Below are positions 56,339 to 64,000 of a stretch of 64,000 nucleotides of DNA, in pieces. A program made the position numbers and the translations under genes. The DNA lies in contig OX597814.1 in assembly GCA_951406725.2 (NCBI GenBank), forward strand, positions 28,954,001 through 29,018,000, given 5' to 3'. This DNA comes from Octopus vulgaris. Its lineage: Eukaryota. How positions within the stretch are numbered: the first letter of the stretch is position 1; each line of letters begins with the position of its first letter. A model generated the notes under the pieces. It saw only the letters and a list, made by a program, of their open reading frames with translations, was not told the DNA's origin and ran no database searches.

Positions 56339-56760
56339 AGCAGGAGTGGCTGTGTGGTAAGTAGCTTGCTAACCAACCACATGGTTCTGGGTTCAGTCCC
56401 ACTGCGTGGCACCTTGGGCAAGTGTCTTCTGCTATAGCCTCGGGCCGACCAAAGCCTTGTGAGTGGAGTTGGTAGACGGAAACTGAAAGAAGCCCGTCGT
56501 ATATATATATATATATATATATATACGCGTGTGTGTGTTTATGCGTCTGTGTTTGTCCCCCTAGCATTGCTTGACAACCGATGCTGGTGAGTTTATGTCC
56601 CCATTACTTAGCGGTTCAGCAAAAAGAGACCGATAGAATAAGTACTGGGCTTACAAAAAGAATAAGTCCCGGGGTCGATTTGCTCGATTAAAGGCGGTAC
56701 TCCAGCATGGCCGCAGTCAAATGACTGAAACAAGTAAAAGAGTAAAAGAGAGTAAGAGTA
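56339..56760 (+). mobile_element. SINE family A, near full length
   Basis: Family A head, internal TA tract, gtaaaaga tail. Confidence 0.92.
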
Positions 56761-57179
56761 ACTGTTAGGTGAGCTCGTTTAGGTCGAGGAAAAGGTAATT
56801 TATTTTTAGGAATTTGGCATTTTTCAGGTCAAATATGTTCAGAATTAATGAGAGTTCCTACTCTACACAACTACATGCATACACCATACGCACTCGCTCA
56901 CAGACAGACAGACAAGCACACACATACTCTCACACACACAAGAACGACAAAAGCAACAATACAGGTGTATGTGTATTTGTGTGTTCGTATGTATGTGTAG
57001 ATATACACACACACATATATGTGTATATGTATACACACACGTATATATATATCTGTATATGTATGCATGTCTATCTGTCTGTATGTATGTTCGTTTGTAT
57101 GTATGTATGTATGTATGTATGTATGTATGTATGTATGTTTGTACGTATGTATGTTTGTCTTTGTATGTATGTGTGCATA

Positions 57180-57559
57180 TCTTTATATATAAAAGTCAAG
57201 TTGTGTGTCTGTCTCCTACGATTTAGATTCCTAACTACTCCCACATTTTGCGGTGCAGTGTAACCAAAACCGGGTATCTTATAGTCGTGATTCATATCGA
57301 GCCCTTCTGGGTATTAGCGCGCGTCTACGATGAGTCTACGATTTTAAAAATAATTTACCATCATTTTTTTCCATTTTAATGCATTTTTTTCGCTAAGGGA
57401 AGTAACTCTCTAAAGATGTCTACGATGAGTCAACGATTTAAAAAAAAATTTACCATAATTTTTTTTCCATTTTTAATGCATTTTTTGGCTATAACTCTCC
57501 AAAAATGCTTGTATAGTTATTTCCCTTACAAACCCGAGCAACGCTGGGCGATACTGCTA

Positions 57560-57560
<1 letters not shown>
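57180..57560 (+). mobile_element. Non-autonomous Helitron
   Basis: Starts A|TCtttatatataaaag, ends with GC hairpin cccgagcaacgctggg then CTAG|T; no TSD; internal ~65-bp duplication (57323, 57418). Confidence 0.85.
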
Positions 57561-57627
<67 letters not shown>

Positions 57628-58705
57628 GCACGCACACATAACTATGTATGCTATTAAAAACAGATATGCTCCTGCTTAAGCATTTTTAATTTAGAATTAT
57701 CGTATTTGCTTATTAATCTGTATATCTTTTTATTAAAAAACTAAGAGCCATTGCAAGGCAATGTATAAAAACTAAACAAAAACAAAAAAAAACTGAATCA
57801 AATAAAAAAATATAATAGTTTATTATAACACTACAATTTTCTCGAGAAAGCCATTCCAAAAAAAAGAAAATTTCAATAAAGCTGGAAGTTTTGATAATAA
57901 GAAAATGTAACGCAAGACCTTAAACAACAATTGCGCATATTATTAGCAATATGGGAACCTTAACACAATCGCTTGATCCGACAGAAACACCAGTCAAATC
58001 TCTTCCAAATTACACATTAATTATAAGACGTCCATGTCTGCTCTATGAATATGATGTTATGGAGTTAGCTCATATTTAAAAATGAAAGAATACATTGGCT
58101 AATGTAGTTTTAGATACACTGTATTTTAAAAAATAAAAGGGAGAGTGTAGCTTTTAGATTACGTCTACTGGACCAGGGCAAACCTGAGGATAAATAACAT
58201 CAATAACAAGAATTCATGCAAGACATCATCATCAAACTATTTCTCCATTGCTGAAAGAAATATGACGTCAGCACTGAAAAAATGTCCATCGATAACAAAC
58301 AAAAAATAGACACCATATTGTTCCCGGTATTCTTGTGTATAATAAAATGGTGTTAACAGCCACTAATAAAATTATTCCATCAGAAAAATACAAGCAGAAA
58401 GTCTGGAAAAAATCGATGGAATTTTTTAGGCCTGAGCCTAATAAAAAAAAAAAAAACTAAAATGAAATACAAAAAAAAAAAAATCCTTGTTTTTAACGAA
58501 ATAGTAATAACACAGGTATAAATGATCCTTTCTTTTATAAGTAGAAGGCCTGAAATTTTGGGTAAGGGAACTAATCGATAATATCGATCCCAGTGTTTGA
58601 ATGCTACTTATTTCTTCGATTCCGAGAGGATGAAAAGCAAATTAGGGTTAAGATTAGGTTATACAGACATACACACACACACACACACATGTATATATAT
58701 TAAAA

Positions 58706-58847
58706 TTATAATTTAGGGTATCTAAGAGATACCTTAAATCCACCAATCCTGTTCCTGGTACTGTATGAACATTTAATGTGGTTTTAGAGTCAAATTTTGG
58801 TTGCTATTTCCAGCGTGGTGGTATCTCTTAGATACTCTAAATTATAA
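58706..58847. repeat. 28-bp inverted repeat pair (small MITE-like element)
   Basis: ttataatttagggtatctaagagatacc (58706-58733) versus ggtatctcttagatactctaaattataa (58820-58847), 1 mismatch. Confidence 0.8.
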
Positions 58848-58932
58848 CTTAGTAATAATTGTTACCTTTGAAGGTTTTTATTTCCATGCTGGCCACTTGA
58901 TAAGATCGATATTTAAATTAACGATCTTATTC

Positions 58933-59015
<83 letters not shown>

Positions 59016-59094
59016 GTTTAAATATTTGTTGTGCAAGATTTTATTGGCTAAACTGGCAATATGACCATTCCAAAATATAACAATATATATATAT

Positions 59095-59352
59095 AAATCG
59101 AGCTCAGGACTTATTCTTTGTAAGCCTAGTACTTATTCTATCGGCATCTTTGTCTGTGTTTGTCTCCCACCATCGCATGACAACCGATGTTGGTGTGTTT
59201 ACGTCCCCGTAACTTAGCTGTTCGGCAAAAGATGTCGATAGAATAAGTACTAGGCTCACGAAGAATAAGCCCTGAGCTCGATTTGTTCGACTAACGGCTT
59301 TGCTCCAGCATGGCTGCAGTCAAATGACTGAAACAAATAAAAGAATAAAAGA
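59095..59352 (+). mobile_element. SINE family A 3' half preceded by an inverted copy of its own segment
   Basis: 59095-59152 is the reverse complement of 59226-59284. Confidence 0.85.
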
Positions 59353-60307
59353 ATATATATATATAAATAGATAAGAGAGAGAGTGGGGGGAGAGAGAGAG
59401 AGATTTGTATGTGTATAGAGTAGTCTATTGGTTCCCATACCTTGTTGGATAGTTGATTCAATAGATACCTTCACTTGCAATGAATTCTTCATATTTTCAT
59501 ATGAGACCCTACAAGACAAAAGAAGTTTCGCAGAGGAGTTCATAGGTGTTATTGTCATAATCGATTGGTTTCCCCAGTCTTTTCAGTGACATGACAATTT
59601 CTAAAAATAAATAAATACGCTCCTTGTTACCGGTGCATATGAATTCAGTAATAAAACGTTTACAGAACACCATAGAAAGAACATGGCGGCCTTTTTAAAA
59701 ATTCATACAAAAGACTGACACAGTTTACATATATATTAACCTCATCAATACGAGGGGAAAAAATGTGAAACAGTATTTTTAGATTAGACTGCATGTAAAG
59801 TGGTAAATTAACGTGCAAGAAATAGCAACCAAATTTCCTTAAATTACACAATGCCATCTTGTATCAAGGAAAGAACCTTGGATAAAGTAGACTTTAAAAT
59901 CTCAAGATATATACAATGGTCTCGGATGGAATGTTTTAAGCATATGTCACGTCTATCAGTTTTAGTTCAGCAACCAGAAAATGAACAAGAATAATAACAC
60001 TTGTTCGTATGAAATTGTCTTAATGTTACAAGTGTGAGGAGAAAAAAACCTTGAAAAGCTATCACCGTTGGTTTCTGATTAGACTTCTATTGCAAATTAC
60101 AAGCTTAAAGAAATCTTAATTTTTTTTCTGAAAAAAAACATTTCAAGCTATTTCTGAACCATGCATGCTGTTACAGTCAGTCAGTTGATATGTATACATG
60201 TATGAATACATATACACACACTCGCGCATATATATATATATATACTTTAATTGTTCCACGTCCTCGCGTTGCTGTGTTTTTTTCTGTGTTTTCTTGTTTG
60301 GATTAAC

Positions 60308-60362
<55 letters not shown>

Positions 60363-60376
60363 GTATATATATATAC

Positions 60377-60522
<146 letters not shown>

Positions 60523-60854
60523 GAGAGAAAAGAACATGGGTATTGACTGGGTACTCCTTTATTCCAGCTGTTACATGTGTTTCAGTATTCAGTACCACAT
60601 GATGTCACATTATAGATGCAACCGGTAGATGCCCCCTATAGGGCCAGCATGGTGAACAAACATATCCGCAGACGGTTATAGAGTAAACACAAGTATGGGA
60701 CCAACAGCAACCGACTCTAAACACACCGGAGGTTTGTGCTAGAAGGTGGAGGGGATAGAGGAGGTAGTTGGGAAACCGGCCGACATAGCTACAGAGTGGA
60801 CTGGTATTTGTAATGGTAAAGGTTAGTTACTGACCGAGGAATGGAGACTGTAGG

Positions 60855-61866
60855 TAAATCTACAATCCTCCAGTAGGGAGGAAAGCCGCTTGTGAAGCGC
60901 TCTGTCTGCTACCAGAAACCGCTAAAAAGGTGGGCTAGGAATGCCTTGGCTGAAGATGCGAAAACTCGCATTAAGGATGAGGCACCTTTGGCTTTACCTG
61001 GATGGGGAGCAGATGTGGTCACCGCACGTCCGGTTCTACCTTCCGAGGTTAACGTCCTTAACGGACATTGGTACATGGATCAAGCAGAGACCTAGGCTGG
61101 GGGGACTGGCAATTGGAGTGTGGCCAGGTGCTTCAGCTACTCTCTCCGGTGGGCAATGTCGGCAACAGGAGTTCCACCGCGGAATTCTATAGCGAGATAG
61201 TGGAATCTGTGTCAGAAGAAGCCTTGGGGGAGACCCTGGGCTACGATGAAAATCAGTTGATCAACCTGTTCAGAAGAACATTCTGGCCGAGGTATCTGGA
61301 TAATTACCAGAAATCCTTGGCTTGGCAGTGCCTCTGTGCGGCACTACAGGTTCGGAATAAGCTGTCGAGGCACGGTAGTGCCGTCTCGCCGACATGCCCG
61401 AGATGCAGGCAGGACAAGGAAACCGTCTTGCACGCATTCGTGGAGTGTCAGGAGTTATCGGAACTGATAGCTTTTGTCGAACAACTGTTGTCAGTAATAG
61501 GAAGAGTACAGCTATTAGCGGAGTCCACCATCGAGATTGTACCTTCTCCTTCTCTTGACAGGGAAAGGAGGGCTTGTTTCGTGTGCGTAGCAGCCATACT
61601 GAAAGAAACAGCATGGAGGGATGCGTGTAAGAGGAACAGTGACAGGTACTCTTTTACTCTTTTACTCTTTTACTTGTTTCAGTCATTTGACTGCGGCCAT
61701 GCTGGAGCACCGCCTTTAGTCGAGCAAATCGACCCCAGGACTTATTCTTTGTAAGCCCAGTACTTATTCTATCGGTCTCTTTTTGCCGAACCGCTAAGTG
61801 ACGGGGACGTAAACACATCAGCATCGGTTGTCAAGCAACGCTAGGGGGACAAACACAGGCACACAA

Positions 61867-61924
<58 letters not shown>

Positions 61925-62240
61925 GACAGGCTTCTTTCAGTTTCCGTCTACCAAATCCACTCACAAGGCATTGGTTGGCCCGGGGCTATAGCAGAAGACA
62001 CTTGTCCAAGATGCCACGCAGTGGGACTGAACCCGGAACCATGTGGTTGGTTAGCAAGCTACTTACCACAGAGCCACTCCTGCGCCACTCCTTTGTCTTC
62101 GGCAAGGGGCTGGTAAACATTTTTAGTTACCACCTCGTAAGTAAGATCAGACTGGTGAAAAAGTGCCTATGGCTGAGTACGTTCGGGAAAAGATGGAAGA
62201 CTGTAGCAAGTAAGTTGAGAGTGATCAGCACCAGGTAAGT
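60855..62240 (+). pseudogene. Tx1/L1-clade LINE ORF2 C-terminal fragment (post-RT region and zinc-binding domain), frameshifted and interrupted by a SINE
   Basis: LVKRSVCYQKPLK-GLGMPWLKMRKLALRMRHLW; YQKSLAWQCLCAALQVRNKL...TCPRCRQDKETVLHAFVEC; resumes after 62086 (FVFGKGLVNIFSYHL...KRWKTVA). Confidence 0.88.
61648..62086 (-). mobile_element. SINE family A, full length, inserted in the LINE
   Basis: Near-identical to 40339-40742. Confidence 0.92.
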
Positions 62241-62493
62241 GGGGTCAGTGGTAACAAGTGAAGGTTCTACCCAGATGGTTGGATGCCTTTCCTTTTGTCG
62301 TGAATTATTGCATAATACAATAATAATTATATTCTATTATATTTTTAATTGCGTTTTAGTTATGTCATTTTCTGCTATAATCAGTCATTCGGACATTAAC
62401 TTTTAATTAAAGCAGCTTCTTCACCTTATATTTTTTGTCTGTCCTTGTTCGTCCCATCTTTGTACGGCCGGTGTAGCCAATTTAATGAAATAA

Positions 62494-62870
62494 AGAAGCT
62501 TGCTTCCCAACCACATGGTTCCGGGTTCAGTCCCACTGCGTTGCACCTTGGGCACGTGTATTCTACTATAGCCTCGAGACGACCAAAGCCTTGTGAATGG
62601 ATTTGGTAGACGGAAACTGAAAGAAGCCCGTCGTATATGTAACTGTATATGTATGTATGTTTGTTATTTGTGTCTGTGTTTGTTCCCTCCAACATCGCTT
62701 GACAAACGATGACAGTGTGTTTATGTCCTCGTTACTTAGCGGTTCAGCAAAAGGGACCGATAGAATAAGTACTAGGCTTACAAAGAATAAGTTCTGGGGT
62801 CGATTTGTTCGACAAAAGGTAGTGCTCCAGCATAGCCACAGTCAAATGACTGAAACAGGTAAAAGGAAAA
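62494..62870 (+). mobile_element. SINE family A, slightly 5'-truncated
   Basis: Family A motifs; preceded by a SINE B-like tail fragment (62435-62493). Confidence 0.85.
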
Positions 62871-63565
62871 AAAAAAAAAAATCCTGTTAATAATTTTGAC
62901 CAACGTGCTAATGATTCTGCCAGCTGACGCCTTTACCGATGAAATGACATATTGGTAGCATTTCATTTATTAAATGTTCATTAATTAATTAATTATTGAT
63001 TCGTTTTTCAAAGTCTTCATCACCCATCTCCGGTCTCGAGAAAACACTGTGATGATTGAGATTTCAGCCAAAAAGAAAATTGCAAAGAAGTGAGTCGTTG
63101 AAATACTTTAAACGAGAATTGTAACCGATTTACATATCACAGGTTTCTTTTCATGATGCTTATGTACAATTTTAACGAAAATGCGCCAAGAGAAATAACA
63201 CAGAGTTGCTAGTGGAATATATTTGATCAACATAGACAAATATAGGTATATCAAATACCATAAAACATAAATTCTTGATGTATCATGATTACCAAATGGC
63301 AGTGACCAGCTTCACTTGAGGAGGGGAGATAATTTGCCATCAAGGAAAAAAGACAGATTTAATGTCTAGAGATAATAGAACAATGTGGATTTGTGAATAC
63401 GCGTTTCTGGTTCAATAACCGTCATCGGCACGACATTTACATTGTAGCGAAGGGACTTAGACTCATACGAAAAAGAATGTTTGCTACTATTTTTTCTATA
63501 TGTTTAAGTTAAGAGATACTACTAATAAATCAAGAACTTATTGCTGTATGGTACTCGATATACCT

Positions 63566-63803
63566 ATTTCTTTATTACCCACAAGGGGCTAAACATAGAG
63601 GGGACAAACAAGGACAGACATAGGTATTAAGTCGATTACATCGACCCCAGTGCGTAACTGGTACTTTAATTTATCGACCCCGAAAGGATGAAAGGCAAAG
63701 TCGACCTCGGCGGAATTTGAACTCAGAACGTAACGGCAGAATCAATACCACAAAGTATTTCGCCCGGCGTGTTAACGTTTCTGCCAGCTCGCCGCCTTTA
63801 AAA
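63566..63803 (-). mobile_element. SINE family B, full length
   Basis: 16-bp TSD ggtactcgatatacct (63550, 63804). Confidence 0.92.
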
Positions 63804-64000
63804 GGTACTCGATATACCTGTATTTGTTTATACACTCATATGTTTGGTAATTAACAAGGTAAGGAATCATGTAGGTAGGGGGACTGATACACAGGGACAT
63901 GTTTGTCGCCGTTGTCCTCATCGAGGTCATCACGTCATCACCTTAATTTTTTGTATATTAAGAATTATATTATCCAAAATACCACCTCATTTTTTAACAC

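Overview
Eukaryotic, AT-rich, extremely microsatellite-rich non-coding DNA (intronic or intergenic). The SINE families and SSR density are most consistent with an octopus/cephalopod genome; this is an inference. I find no credible intact host protein-coding gene: almost all listed ORFs are SSR or SINE read-through. The window is a nested mosaic of several tRNA-derived SINE families and decayed LINE fragments (R4/Dong in (TAA)n, RTE-BovB-like, Tx1/L1-like). It also holds mariner remnants, Tc1/pogo/hAT MITEs, a non-autonomous Helitron and an old ~200 bp dispersed repeat. The most interesting signal is a set of short non-coding elements inserted in (TA)n tracts that carry type I hammerhead-ribozyme folds (Penelope/retrozyme-like). 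They include a 534-bp tandem-plus-inverted unit and an inverted pair of tRNA-promoter + hammerhead modules. Other notable features are a complete 2x3 head/tail shuffling matrix among SINEs, a SINE-LINE shared 3' tail, and a sharp strand-composition inversion centred on a hairpin at ~43.15 kb. Coordinates were read by eye and may be off by a few bases.
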